Notes: a model not told the origin generated them from the sequence alone. Counted from the first letter of the stretch, positions 10,901 through 21,393 are shown. The stretch is DNA of 64,000 nucleotides from Candidatus Poseidoniaceae archaeon (GCA_965662895.1 CBFIJH010000005.1:1-64000), one strand, 5' to 3'. Numbers and translations are program-made.

Positions 10901-12664
10901 TCGAGCGGTCTTGAAATTCCAGATTTTAGCCAAGGAGAGGGCGTTGAAGCACTTTCCTTCTTCCTTGGAGATGTTGTAGGTATCGGCGGTCTTGTGAACG
11001 ATTTGGTGTACGGTCTTGTTTCAAACGTTGGCGATTCCACTGGTGAAACCGAAGATGTCGCATACGGACTTGACATGACAACAGGTGAAAGTTTCGACAT
11101 TGTTGCTGACATGCGAAAGGGGAGTGTTCCAGTTGCGCAACCAACGTGGCAACATGGATTTGACATGCAAGCTGTTGAGCGAAGCGTTATTGATTTCAAT
11201 CTATCAAAATTGACCAACCTTACGGAATCCAACCGCATCATCATCGACGAGATTCTCTCCGATTACATCATTGATGATGTTGAACTTGCCATCATAGAAT
11301 CAACGTTCTATCAAACAAACCTCTCGTTCGCTTACCCTCTTATGACGTACCTTGATGATGGAATCATTACCGAACGTGAGTTGGTTGGTGTTGATGTTGC
11401 CTTGCTTGAACAATTGGGTGTAACCTTCGAGAAACGACGTAGCTGGCACCTTCGCACGTGGTTGCCACAACTCCCTTCAGGTAAAATTGAGATAAGCTAC
11501 GTATTTTCGCTCGTTGAGGATGTGCCGACATACGAGTTCAACATGGATCTCGAAGAATGGCTTCCTGCCCGAGAAAACTTGTACATTACAATGAACGGTA
11601 TCGAACAATCTTCTGCAGATTTGCAAATCTTTGGATTTGATACGGAAACATCGAGGGATGTATCTGTTTCAGCAAAATTCTCTCGTCAAGATAATCTCAC
11701 CGTTCCTCGTTTATCGATTGAAATGAGTTACGACATAGGGCAAAGATTGGATTTTGCTTACGCTGTATTCATTGATTTGGAGAGTCTTGTTCGTGCTGAA
11801 ACGTTCATTGAAGGCGTTCCACAACAAACCGACTTTTCGGCAACCATTGGCGACGTTCTTCTGCTCAACGTTGACGTTCCACAAGCGTACAGAGTTGGAG
11901 AGACGAGTGTTGATTCTATGATGATTCAACAACATCGATTTGTTGATGGCTTTTGGTGGCCAGCAACCACATTCTTCCAAGATATTCCATCGGAAATGCG
12001 GCTTGCTGCAGAACCGGATACCCGTTATGATATTCGAGAGGAAACATCCTTCCAAGGCATGATGACGCTTGATTACGCCTCAAATTCGAATAAAATGGAC
12101 ATGTACATCGAAGCCAGTGGACGGGCTATCGATGCGAAAGGTGATACGTTAATGATTGCCAAGAATCTACCAAAGACCTTCAAACTCGAGACAACAGAAG
12201 ATTGGGGAGTCCGCATTGTTTCATCGGATAACGGTGTGGAAGAATTGTACATGCGTCAGTCCAATGTTCCTGGAGCCCCTGGAGCCTTCCTCGATCGATT
12301 TGAAATCGTCGGTGAGGATCTCAAAGGCGCAACCATTACCATTCACCGGCCGTTGGGATACCCGGTGATTATTCTCGATGATATCACGACGGGACGCCTT
12401 GTTTCAAGTGCAGAAGTTCATGTTGAACCGGGCGTGTATGCTCCGATTTTTGGTGACCTTGAAGTCGATGGACGCGCTGTACTCCTCGATGCTCAATTCA
12501 CAGGCATTCTTCCAACCTCAACGTCGATTGGTGTCAATGGGGTTGTGACCGACCTTTCGGTCGTTAGTACACTTACCGGCGGTTCGATTGAAACGCGTCA
12601 CATTATGGTTGTCGAACCGTTTACGTCAGGTATTGCCTCGCTCTTTGCGATGATTTTCGGGTGA
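7997..12664 (+). CDS. giant (1555 aa) secreted or membrane-associated protein of unknown function
   Basis: long ORF, signal-peptide-like N-terminus, acidic and beta-rich, hydrophobic C-terminus. Confidence 0.8.
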   Translation: MVEEAIRLIRPGLHQPKRGRLAVFLVMVLLIPVFQPVQADVSVERDDFGLMEKLSDLMELQESSDDTVIAAGSSASSLALVEAAKRESREGDPLNDSTEYLSQTQLRDTSPPEPEHPRPYEILLDTSTQPEGWPNNLVQTLFSLESWDINDPLAVGINTYALYINFSSRDNGPQYEAWDYGTFTGELFVGTDLVLFENYIDIDGDSVDDVSISLTVLGLLTLNEGFGFEPPLNPLNPLNIPDTLWLRPTFQWKIDYLNENDPIWDELAHMEVSLLKGLAFDSAIQDSESYALVLDTRLTQPPNNFRVEVGIQEFRFSISNTIGNVFGILTDFLTGGALPANALSLTSVSAPYSISIRNSNSNSQNRQTECDTSYYDVFNDHSTKSEEHKCGYGVGIGFIQFDQIDQVGQTEIIDMGYIDVGFHPEYGSNLLPEEVDLVLRNDNLGDNTFDTVELYSNIGADLWLHYFEDRSNTLEAGTFGNTTDSQLWIRGIPSGTLPQEEINAIFTMIGEAPESTNLPGDIPDRLSFILAIKNFSGDATANQNDLTLPVNPAAPPSTLILIAGTERIKSLSYNSTLKRGGFANDVSSLTIQVENLPEVLILKGSFQLSSTGLSRVNFNNPDLNTIAQLLDNALLTLVEIVLDLGSILNTLPDLIVGTAGSSGGELEVLCLSQVRQTWSNGEVRAPSSLGKISMAIGSSDHPWLTDSDHILLSQDTEIEKIDGRDGPVEPLVPVAMSIRVSNISRVYQSYDPVTSVRALELQGQQSGALLVGHIRHSGTNFANVTAQSAMFSNRPADLSVVQDPEKLVYTASEPIGTITYGGEQGLQRNAIRLEGLPAQFQLNIGDDIGFQAQTPITSIMVQMTNATTPLTMNGDHFRFWVDADTAQASLSAKISNVQSVQRYSPIDANSTGPEGSARYSLQRQVSSPFSISMEDVSNYDDPFLGLNGMMRLEPLPANLEILLPSDMDSSGLEIPDFSQGEGVEALSFFLGDVVGIGGLVNDLVYGLVSNVGDSTGETEDVAYGLDMTTGESFDIVADMRKGSVPVAQPTWQHGFDMQAVERSVIDFNLSKLTNLTESNRIIIDEILSDYIIDDVELAIIESTFYQTNLSFAYPLMTYLDDGIITERELVGVDVALLEQLGVTFEKRRSWHLRTWLPQLPSGKIEISYVFSLVEDVPTYEFNMDLEEWLPARENLYITMNGIEQSSADLQIFGFDTETSRDVSVSAKFSRQDNLTVPRLSIEMSYDIGQRLDFAYAVFIDLESLVRAETFIEGVPQQTDFSATIGDVLLLNVDVPQAYRVGETSVDSMMIQQHRFVDGFWWPATTFFQDIPSEMRLAAEPDTRYDIREETSFQGMMTLDYASNSNKMDMYIEASGRAIDAKGDTLMIAKNLPKTFKLETTEDWGVRIVSSDNGVEELYMRQSNVPGAPGAFLDRFEIVGEDLKGATITIHRPLGYPVIILDDITTGRLVSSAEVHVEPGVYAPIFGDLEVDGRAVLLDAQFTGILPTSTSIGVNGVVTDLSVVSTLTGGSIETRHIMVVEPFTSGIASLFAMIFG

Positions 12665-12668
12665 GAAT

Positions 12669-13313
12669 ATGGATGATGAATTGGTGGTTCATGAAGACGA
12701 CATTGTCGATGCCAAACCGATGGGACTGCTCGAGACGACCCAACGCAGAGAAGCCATCGAAATGGGCTTTGATCTGAACGATCCTGAACAAGCAGAGGCA
12801 TATCGTCAGGCGCAAGAAGTTGCTCTCTTTGTCAAGGAGCGTATCCGAGATATCAATCCTGTTCGAGTCGCCATCGCTGGACTAATTCTCATGCTCTTGG
12901 TTGGATTGGTGGCAAGCGGGTGGTACTGGGTGATTCCTCGTGATGATGTCGAAATTCATACCGTGTACATGCAACGAGGCGGACATCTGATTATGTCCGA
13001 ATTGCAAAACGATGGAAGTCGAGCAATTCATGACGTCGTTGTTGAAATTCAATTTTTGGATGCACAAGACGTCCTGATTCAAACGATGCGGATTGAGGTG
13101 GACACCGTCAAACCACATTCGTCTCTTGCAGGGGATGATTTGGAAATGATCGTACTTGGATACACCGTCTGGGACGAATATACGCTCAAAATCTCAGTTC
13201 GTTACACAATGTTCGACAACAGTCAAAATTTCTTGGAAGTCAATCACGTTGTTGGGACCTATGCGTCCGAAATTTTTGTCGATCAGGTTGAAACAACGAC
13301 TCGACTGTTCTGA
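12669..13313 (+). CDS. single-TM protein with a probable Ig-like C-terminal domain
   Basis: 214 aa, starts 4 nt after upstream stop with GGTGA SD; central TM. Confidence 0.75.
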   Translation: MDDELVVHEDDIVDAKPMGLLETTQRREAIEMGFDLNDPEQAEAYRQAQEVALFVKERIRDINPVRVAIAGLILMLLVGLVASGWYWVIPRDDVEIHTVYMQRGGHLIMSELQNDGSRAIHDVVVEIQFLDAQDVLIQTMRIEVDTVKPHSSLAGDDLEMIVLGYTVWDEYTLKISVRYTMFDNSQNFLEVNHVVGTYASEIFVDQVETTTRLF

Positions 13314-13377
13314 ATGCCTGTTGTTCAAACAATTGACCCATAGCGATAAATGCGTCATCAAAGCGAGGTAGGTAACA

Positions 13378-16300
13378 ATGGAGCAACAGACTCGCCTCGC
13401 CCTTGGGATTCTCGTTCTCTTGTTGATGAGCCCTTGGAGTTCGATGGCGGGTCCAGAATCTGAATCTGAACAGAGTTTGGAAGACCAAAGGAATGCAGAG
13501 TATTTCTCGATACGTACGGATGCGTATTCGGACTTTGTTGGAACTTACGAAGCCGCTTCAATCCATGAACAACGAGAACTCGTCGCAGAATCGCGACTGG
13601 GCGAGTTTTCAATCGACGGGCTTGAACTCAACCGACCACTGTCGGCCGATGTTCTTGAGCCGAGATTGGATGTTCAACTCCTTATTATCGATAACGACCG
13701 CCACATGCAGGACGTACGAAACGACCTTTCTGAGATTTCAGGTCTGGAAGTGCGGGAATTCATCAGCCCATCGGGATTGATGGTTCAAGGAACAGCCTCT
13801 GCCCTCGCCCGCTCCCAATCCGTCCAGAGTGTGATTGCACAATGGAATGTACCACTGGCAATGTTCCTTGATGATTCGATGCTTGATGCGTTGATGTTCG
13901 AGACTGGCGGCGAAGCATTGCTGGGCGCAGAGGTTCGAATGGAAGGATGGTGGAGTCATCATCAACTTGATTCGCTCTCAATTGCGGATCATGAGGGCAA
14001 CACAATCCGACAAGACTTGTCCCAAGTCGCTGCAATCGCCCTCGATGATGCTCAACATCTCGATCAAGGACAATATCGGGGTGTCTTAGCGGTCGACACG
14101 GTTCTTGATGTGGTACGGCAACCTTCGGTCATGTGGCTTCGGTTTGAGCCTCAGATGGCGTTTGAGAACGATCAATCAAAGAATCACATGAAAATCAATA
14201 CAATGCGGTCGTATTTCACAACGGATCTCGATGGTTCGGGCCAAATTGTCGCAGTTGCAGATTCAGGATTGGATGAAGATCATGGTGATTTTGGAACGCG
14301 TATCGTTGGAAATTATGACGTGATTGGTGATGGTTCGACAGCCGACAAACATTCTGGGCATGGAACACACGTGGCATGCACAGTTCTCGGAGATGGGAAC
14401 AAGGGCGGTTATGCAGGGGTTGCTCCGGATGCTGAATTGTATTTCCAAGCCATGGAAAATGACAATACGGGCAACTTCGTCTCGCCCTCTTTGAATTATC
14501 TTCTCAACACTGCCTATAATGCAGGAGCTCGAATTCACACCAATTCATGGGGATCTTCGGCAACTTCAACGCAAGGAGAATACACGTCTGAAGCAGAGGC
14601 GGTAGACGATAGGTCGTTCAACTACGATAAGGTAAGCAACGGCCAAGAGGGTCTAACGATTCTTTTCGCAGCAGGTAACGACGGCCCCGGCGCCGGAACG
14701 GTTGGTTCTCCTTCAACGGCGAAGAACGTTGTAACCGTTGGAAACCACCAAGCTCGATACAATGGCGCACCGGACAATCTCATGTCTGGTTCCTCCCGCG
14801 GGCCGACCGATGATGGGCGAATTAAACCAGACATTCTTGCTCCTGGAGGATATGTTCGTTCTTGTCGTGCACAAGAAGCGCAAGATATTGCAGGCTCAAA
14901 TTGGCAATCGACGTGGTATCTCGAATATACAGGAACATCGATGGCTACACCAAATGCTGCTGGTGCAGCTACACTCATCCGAGAGTATCTAATCGAAATC
15001 GCTCAACGCCCATCGCCACAGGGTGCGTTGGTCAAGGCACTTCTTGTCCTTGGTGCGCAGGACATCAACTCGAGAGACATTCCAAACAACGACGAAGGCT
15101 GGGGGCGTGTTAATCTCAAAGATACGCTCGCACCATCGCAAGGTCGTGGAATATGGGTTGACGATCGATCCGTTCTCACCAGTTCAGGAACATCAAAATC
15201 CTATGTGTTCAATGTCACCTACGCCAATTCTCAACTCAAGGCCGTGCTCGCATGGTCGGATTATCGAGGAAGCAGATTTGCCAGCAAAGCCTTGGTCAAT
15301 GACCTCGATTTGGAGGTCGAATCTCCAGACGGAACCATCTACTTGGGCAATGATTTCGCCAATGGGCGCTCGACGACAGGTGGGACCAAAGATGACATCA
15401 ACAATCTCGAAGTTGTTCTCATCGATATGGCCATGAAAGGTATCTGGACGGTTCGGGTAAAGGACGCCTATCATGCAGGGAGTGGTTCTCAACCGTTTGC
15501 GATTGCGGTTTCAGGACAAGGGGTCAACGATTTGCGTCCAGACCCTCAAGTCGTTCTCGATTCGATGCAATTGAACGTCACAATACCGCAGGTCGGTGAC
15601 CAGGTACGCCTGACAACCGAAGTATTCAATGCAGGAAACATCAAAGCAGAAACCGTCGATTTTGCCTTCAATGTTGACGGACTTGAAATTGAACGAAAAA
15701 CGCTGGACATTAATCCAGGAGCATTCCGCCAATCGACGTGGTATTGGACTCCTCAACAACCGGGATTAGCGACACTTGAGCTCATCATCGATCCCGATGA
15801 TACGGTTGATGAAATTCAAGAAAACAACAATGTTCTCACCAAAGTTGTTGATGTGACAGCACCGGGTGTGAAAGTGACAGCGGATACGATTGAACAACAA
15901 GTACAATTTGCAGAACAAACGACATCGACATGGAATCTAACGCTTGAAAATACTGCTTTATTGCAAACCAATGCATCGATTGACGCAATTGGAATTTACT
16001 CGGATGCAGATGATTCAGAAGTGCCGTGGTATCTCGGAATGACGGCTTCCAACTTTTCTCTTCAAGGAAAAGAAACTGCAGAAGTTTCCTTAACAGTGGT
16101 CTATCCTCAAGCTCCCGAGCCTGGATTGTATCGAATCGATGTTTCTGGTCTTGACGTTGACAACGGGATATCGTATCCCTTGTCGCTGTATCTTGAAGTT
16201 CTTGACATACCAGAATTCCGAATTGAATACGATTACACAATTGTTCCCGTCCACCCATCCGATGCTACCAACCTAACGGTTCGAGTGTACAATGATGGAA

Positions 16301-17850
16301 ATACAGAGATTGGTTACGATCTCTTCCTTCAAGCACCTTCAGGTTGGAGTGCCGGATTCACCGACTTGAGCAACGATCCAGGAGCAACATCTGGATCAAC
16401 CGGATTAATTCCGAAAAATGGACAGATGGATGTTGGCATGCAATTTACCCCTCCTCAGGTTTCAACCGCAGCTGGTGCCCAGCGAATGGTCACATTAACT
16501 GCTTTTTCTCAGACAGAACCCTCCCAACAATGGGAGATTGATATCCCAATCGAAGTCATTGAAGTTCGCGAAGTTGAATTGCTCCTCGAGTCGAACATCG
16601 GAACACCACGGCCGGATGCGCTGGTGAATCTTCTGTTTACGATTGAAAACCGTGGCAATGTCGATATGACATTGGTGCCGAGTTTGTCTTTACCAACCGG
16701 ATGGACACAACAAACATCGCTGCAACCCATTGAAATGGCTTGGACTGAGCAATCCAAAAACATCCTTGTTTCGATTCAAGGGAACGGTGACGCATTATCC
16801 GGGCAAATTCAATTGAATCTTGATGTAGCCTCTGAACGCTTTACTTGGACGGGTGAGATTGACGTACTGAAGTTGCCACAACCATCGCTTACATTCACAG
16901 AGTTGGAATTCGAGGATGGACGCACGTTCGATCATCCCTTTGGACCAGGTTCACATCCCGTTGGACAGGAGATGACTTTTACATGGCTTCTCATCAATGA
17001 AGCTGATGTTGCTTGGAGTCCTTCAATCACAACATCGTTGTCTCCAGGCATTTTTGGCGAGTGTTTTGATGTCGGCGTTGTTGCTGACGACGTCGTGCCC
17101 GTCGTCTGTTCGATTATCCTCCCGACTACGCTTGAGGTTGCATCGCAACCATCCTTCTCGTTCACGCTGTACGACGATGATGTCTCGTTGACCGAAGGTA
17201 CGAGTATGTTGGTTGCAGAATCGAGGCGTGTTGAGTGGGAGTTCACTTCTCCCTCGTCTCTTGATGAATCAGGTTCTGGAACGCTGCAAGTTCGAATCTT
17301 AAATTCTGGAAATACGGCACTTTCGCATCAATTGGTCGTTGAAACGAACGATGGAATCGATGCCCAAATTCAGGGTGACGATATTGTGAATGCCGTTGCA
17401 GGGGAATCCCAGCAATTTACGCTGCAAGTCAATGGACGAAGTACAGGTGTTCACCAAATTACGCTGCAACTCTCAGGCGTTCAAGACGTTGAATCATCGA
17501 TGACAACCATCGATATCGAGGTTACCGCTTCGTTCGAAGATACGGGCTCTGCAAGCAACACTGCGATGTACGTTGGCGTGGGTTTTGCACTCTTCTTTGG
17601 TCTACTTGCAATCCTCTTCATTCTTCGTTCAAAAGGACATTCTGTTGTTCAAACTCCTTCAGCGCCAACACCCGCACCGGTGGTTCAACAACAGGCTGCA
17701 ATGTGTTGGGCTTGTCGTTCCCCAATTCTTGGCCCAATGCAAGGCTGTCCGGGTTGTGGCGCTCGATACCATGCAGACTTACCCATTTGCCAAAAGGTTG
17801 AGAATTGCTCAAACTGTGGGGCTTCATCCGAAGGGTTCGTATCGGCTTAA
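13378..17850 (+). CDS. membrane-anchored S8 subtilisin (KP-43-like) with CARDB/Ig-like domains, TM and Zn-ribbon tail
   Basis: triad VAVADSG / HGTHVA / GTSMATP; FAAGNDG; GRIKPD; IDPDDTVDEIQENNN (CARDB). Confidence 0.95.
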   Translation: MEQQTRLALGILVLLLMSPWSSMAGPESESEQSLEDQRNAEYFSIRTDAYSDFVGTYEAASIHEQRELVAESRLGEFSIDGLELNRPLSADVLEPRLDVQLLIIDNDRHMQDVRNDLSEISGLEVREFISPSGLMVQGTASALARSQSVQSVIAQWNVPLAMFLDDSMLDALMFETGGEALLGAEVRMEGWWSHHQLDSLSIADHEGNTIRQDLSQVAAIALDDAQHLDQGQYRGVLAVDTVLDVVRQPSVMWLRFEPQMAFENDQSKNHMKINTMRSYFTTDLDGSGQIVAVADSGLDEDHGDFGTRIVGNYDVIGDGSTADKHSGHGTHVACTVLGDGNKGGYAGVAPDAELYFQAMENDNTGNFVSPSLNYLLNTAYNAGARIHTNSWGSSATSTQGEYTSEAEAVDDRSFNYDKVSNGQEGLTILFAAGNDGPGAGTVGSPSTAKNVVTVGNHQARYNGAPDNLMSGSSRGPTDDGRIKPDILAPGGYVRSCRAQEAQDIAGSNWQSTWYLEYTGTSMATPNAAGAATLIREYLIEIAQRPSPQGALVKALLVLGAQDINSRDIPNNDEGWGRVNLKDTLAPSQGRGIWVDDRSVLTSSGTSKSYVFNVTYANSQLKAVLAWSDYRGSRFASKALVNDLDLEVESPDGTIYLGNDFANGRSTTGGTKDDINNLEVVLIDMAMKGIWTVRVKDAYHAGSGSQPFAIAVSGQGVNDLRPDPQVVLDSMQLNVTIPQVGDQVRLTTEVFNAGNIKAETVDFAFNVDGLEIERKTLDINPGAFRQSTWYWTPQQPGLATLELIIDPDDTVDEIQENNNVLTKVVDVTAPGVKVTADTIEQQVQFAEQTTSTWNLTLENTALLQTNASIDAIGIYSDADDSEVPWYLGMTASNFSLQGKETAEVSLTVVYPQAPEPGLYRIDVSGLDVDNGISYPLSLYLEVLDIPEFRIEYDYTIVPVHPSDATNLTVRVYNDGNTEIGYDLFLQAPSGWSAGFTDLSNDPGATSGSTGLIPKNGQMDVGMQFTPPQVSTAAGAQRMVTLTAFSQTEPSQQWEIDIPIEVIEVREVELLLESNIGTPRPDALVNLLFTIENRGNVDMTLVPSLSLPTGWTQQTSLQPIEMAWTEQSKNILVSIQGNGDALSGQIQLNLDVASERFTWTGEIDVLKLPQPSLTFTELEFEDGRTFDHPFGPGSHPVGQEMTFTWLLINEADVAWSPSITTSLSPGIFGECFDVGVVADDVVPVVCSIILPTTLEVASQPSFSFTLYDDDVSLTEGTSMLVAESRRVEWEFTSPSSLDESGSGTLQVRILNSGNTALSHQLVVETNDGIDAQIQGDDIVNAVAGESQQFTLQVNGRSTGVHQITLQLSGVQDVESSMTTIDIEVTASFEDTGSASNTAMYVGVGFALFFGLLAILFILRSKGHSVVQTPSAPTPAPVVQQQAAMCWACRSPILGPMQGCPGCGARYHADLPICQKVENCSNCGASSEGFVSA

Positions 17851-17917
17851 TTCGTAAACATTAGAGGGCATCCTTTTGATAGGTCGATGTCTCCCCAATC
17901 CTTGGGGAGGATAACAA

Positions 17918-20785
17918 ATGCAGGATTCTGGGCGTAAGAAACGACTCGCTTCGCTCTTGATTTTGTTGATGTTTGTTTCAATTCTTCCTTTGTCTGCACC
18001 CATCGTTTCAGCGGATGAAGCAAGAGATGCAACCATCCAAGTTACAGTCACGCCGAGCGCTCAAACCATTAACCCTGGAGAGTCTGGAGAATACACTGTT
18101 CGCGTCTACAATTCAGGATCGAACCCTGTAACGGTACAGTTGAGTACTGCAGAAGAGCAAAACGAGGATTGTGCTGCTTACACGTCAACGATTACTCAAA
18201 TTACAGGGCCCATTGATGCCAACTCGTACGAGGAGGCCTCGATGAACGTCACCCTTGGCCAGAACGCTGAAGGCTCCTGTGAGACAACAGTCACCGCAAA
18301 CGCTCAAGATTCGCCTGAACCTCCAGAACCACCGGGTCAACCTGCAACTGAAACGGCGACTGCAACAACCACGGCCGGTGATGGGGCTGGGAATGCTCTG
18401 TTTGGTGTTGATCTTTCGATGGAAACCTCAAGCCGCACATGGGGCGGTGAAGAAACGACCGAATGGACGCTTATCGTCGAAAATACAGGGAGGAATCAGG
18501 CGAATGTAAACTTGGTCATCGCGGAAGATTCAAGCGCCTCTGGCTGCGAAGACATCGAGAATCTCAATCCATCCCTTTCTGAAACGTCTGTTCAACTTGA
18601 TTCCGAGGAAAGTACGGATGTAACCGTTTCACTCGATGTTTCCAATGATGTTGAGGCTGCGAAATATTGTTGGGACATTATAGGGACTGTTCAGGAAGAT
18701 CCGAGTGGAAACACCAGCGACAACCAACCGTTCGACGTCACGGTTCCAATCCTGAAAGAATGCAGCCTTTCACTCTCGAAATCCTCGATCAACATCGAGC
18801 CAGGAAGCCAAAGCACGTTGGTCGCTACCTTCAACAACGAAGGAAATTCGGATTGGACCATTCGGGCAGATGCTGCAGGGCCAAAGGCAGAGTGGGTATC
18901 TTTCACGGGAGGTTCAAGCGGATTGCTGCCTTACGAGGGTACTGCGAGCAAAGCCTTCAATATGGAGGTCAGCCCTGATGATTCGGTAAACGCAGGTCAA
19001 GAACAAACCATCTTTATTCAAGGTAAAGATGGAGCGCAGGTTAAGTGCGCCTCAGAATTGGTCATCACTGTTGGTCAGTCGTATGGGGCCATCATTACGA
19101 TGATTTCATCACAACTCTCCAACGTCGAGCCTGGAACCTCTGCGACAACATCTGTGACCGTCGAGAACACGGGCAACGGGCTCGATACATTCCGTTTAAC
19201 CTCCTCATCCGTCCCAACTGGCTGGTTGGTTGAATTGGATGAGAGTCTGATCACTCTTGACTCAAAACACGAACCAGCGCGAAAAGAAACAATTGACGTG
19301 ACCGTTACGTTGCCCGATGACGCACTGGCAACCGAAATTGTCCGTATCGATATTTCTGTAGCAGCGAGTTCTGGTGGAGAGGCGTACGATGATGTGACTC
19401 TTTCAGTATCTGTCGCAGAAGTTCATGGATTTGAAGCAGATTCAACAGCATTAACGCAAACTGGAAAGAATGGCAATGAAGTGAAATTCCCATTCGAAAT
19501 CGAAAACACAGGGAACGTGGAGGACAGCTTCCGATTAAGCGTCATTCAACAAACTGCGTCACCCGCTTGGTCTTATTTCTTCGAAGATGAAGCTGGTAAT
19601 CGATTTACCGAAATTTCGGTCGATGCTCGTGAAACGAAGAATCTCTACTTTGTAGCCACGATCTCCGATAGTGATGAATACTCAACGTTTACACTCAGAA
19701 TCACCAACAAAGACGATTCGAACGGAATTGATGACGACAACGATGGTATACCAGACAATCAACGCGAATTACGGTTCACTGCCTTCCTGACAACCCGAGA
19801 TTACGCCATGGACGTTTCTCTTGAGGAAGGTGGTCTCGATGGCCGAACAGGTGAACTTATTCTCGCTCCTGGTGATGAGGCTACCGTCGGTATGTGGGTT
19901 CGAAACATGGGCAATGGAGACGATACGGCTGTGCTTGAAATAACTGGGTTGAACGGAATAGCCACTCGTACAGTGTTCTACAAAGGATTGCCGATCGCTG
20001 CAAGCAATGAACTCGATGTCCCCTTTGGGTACGGTATTTGGGATGAAAACAACAGCGCCTTCGTTATTGACGCATCTGGCGCTCCATATCTCGAATCAAC
20101 TTCCGATGCAATGCTTGACGAAATGTTGTTTACACTCAATCTCAGTCAGGGTCACACTGTACGCCCGTATGAAATCTATCTTGAACTGAAGGTACAGGTC
20201 AATGAAGCCACACTAACTGGAGAAGGAGGCAATCTGAACATCGTCGTGACCAGCAAATCCAACGCAGCGAACCGGACGGGACAGGCAACAGTCGCTCTGA
20301 GCGTTCAGAAAATCTTTGATCTGAACATTCTCGAACCTGAATCAACTTCCTTTGATTTGGTCTACCCTCAAAGCAAATCGTTTACGTTGCAAATTCGAAA
20401 TGACGGGAACGTCGAAACAGAAACCGAGATTTTCTCATCAGAAAACCTTCGAGGCTGGAAGATCGAATTGGAAGGTCCAAAGGATGATTGTGAATCATTG
20501 ACAACATCGTCGCTGATTTGCTCCATCGAGAAGGGAGAAGTGATGAACATCACCATCGAAATTAAACCTCCATTCGGAGCAGAATTATCCGATACGTTCG
20601 ATTTCACAATTTCTGCTCAGCCCGAGGAGATTGGTGTCATAGGAAGGGTCAATCAGCAATTCGAGGTGACGGGAGATCTTGAACAAGGACTGTTCGGTCT
20701 TGCTGATGATACAACAGTGGTGATGTTCGCAGGCGGTTTCCTCTTGGCTGTAGGGATTGTCTACATCCTCAGCAGACGTTTCTAA
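17918..20785 (+). CDS. cell-surface protein with repeated Ig-like (NEW3/COG1470-type) domains and C-terminal TM
   Basis: repeated 'V/IENTGN..D.F.L' units; signal peptide; C-terminal TM followed by RRF. Confidence 0.85.
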   Translation: MQDSGRKKRLASLLILLMFVSILPLSAPIVSADEARDATIQVTVTPSAQTINPGESGEYTVRVYNSGSNPVTVQLSTAEEQNEDCAAYTSTITQITGPIDANSYEEASMNVTLGQNAEGSCETTVTANAQDSPEPPEPPGQPATETATATTTAGDGAGNALFGVDLSMETSSRTWGGEETTEWTLIVENTGRNQANVNLVIAEDSSASGCEDIENLNPSLSETSVQLDSEESTDVTVSLDVSNDVEAAKYCWDIIGTVQEDPSGNTSDNQPFDVTVPILKECSLSLSKSSINIEPGSQSTLVATFNNEGNSDWTIRADAAGPKAEWVSFTGGSSGLLPYEGTASKAFNMEVSPDDSVNAGQEQTIFIQGKDGAQVKCASELVITVGQSYGAIITMISSQLSNVEPGTSATTSVTVENTGNGLDTFRLTSSSVPTGWLVELDESLITLDSKHEPARKETIDVTVTLPDDALATEIVRIDISVAASSGGEAYDDVTLSVSVAEVHGFEADSTALTQTGKNGNEVKFPFEIENTGNVEDSFRLSVIQQTASPAWSYFFEDEAGNRFTEISVDARETKNLYFVATISDSDEYSTFTLRITNKDDSNGIDDDNDGIPDNQRELRFTAFLTTRDYAMDVSLEEGGLDGRTGELILAPGDEATVGMWVRNMGNGDDTAVLEITGLNGIATRTVFYKGLPIAASNELDVPFGYGIWDENNSAFVIDASGAPYLESTSDAMLDEMLFTLNLSQGHTVRPYEIYLELKVQVNEATLTGEGGNLNIVVTSKSNAANRTGQATVALSVQKIFDLNILEPESTSFDLVYPQSKSFTLQIRNDGNVETETEIFSSENLRGWKIELEGPKDDCESLTTSSLICSIEKGEVMNITIEIKPPFGAELSDTFDFTISAQPEEIGVIGRVNQQFEVTGDLEQGLFGLADDTTVVMFAGGFLLAVGIVYILSRRF

Positions 20786-20914
20786 TTTGGTTGCTGTTCA
20801 TCGAATTTTCTCCGGTTGAAGCGACCATTTGGTTCAAGGCTGACTGGGAACGCTTATGGAGGGTATTCAAGTCGGTTTAATCAGAGAGCGGATGCGTTCT
20901 TGAGGCGATGTTAA

Positions 20915-21382
20915 ATGGTCGATACTGGTTCAGTCCCGAGCGCCTATCTTTCGATTGCTTTCTTGGCGATTGTTGGAATTCTCATGCCACTCACAAATTT
21001 CATCATGTCATGGGCGCTTCGTCCACGAACAGACCCTTCTCGTCCACACATTACCAAGTCGTATTTACTGGAAGGTTACGAACGAGATCACAGCCTCTAT
21101 CCGCGCCGTCTTTCGACGTTCGAATGTGGAAGCGAACCGATTGGAGATGCGATGATACAATTCCACTTCCAATACTATTGGTACGCTATTGTCTTCCTTG
21201 TTTTCGATGTTGCGTTTATGTTCCTTGTTCTTGGAGGCATGGTCGCATCCGAAGAGACATCAAAAGCGACTGGAGATCTTGCCAAAGCTGAGGCTGGACT
21301 GGCGATCATTGGCATCTTCTTCGCCATCATGTCTCTTGGCGTTTGGTACGTATTCCGCAAGCGAGGGCGAATCTACATTTGA
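20915..21382 (+). CDS. nuoA: complex I subunit A
   Basis: FECGSEP, YYWYAIVFLVFDV; three TMs. Confidence 0.93.
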   Translation: MVDTGSVPSAYLSIAFLAIVGILMPLTNFIMSWALRPRTDPSRPHITKSYLLEGYERDHSLYPRRLSTFECGSEPIGDAMIQFHFQYYWYAIVFLVFDVAFMFLVLGGMVASEETSKATGDLAKAEAGLAIIGIFFAIMSLGVWYVFRKRGRIYI

Positions 21383-21393
21383 GGTGAAATCAC

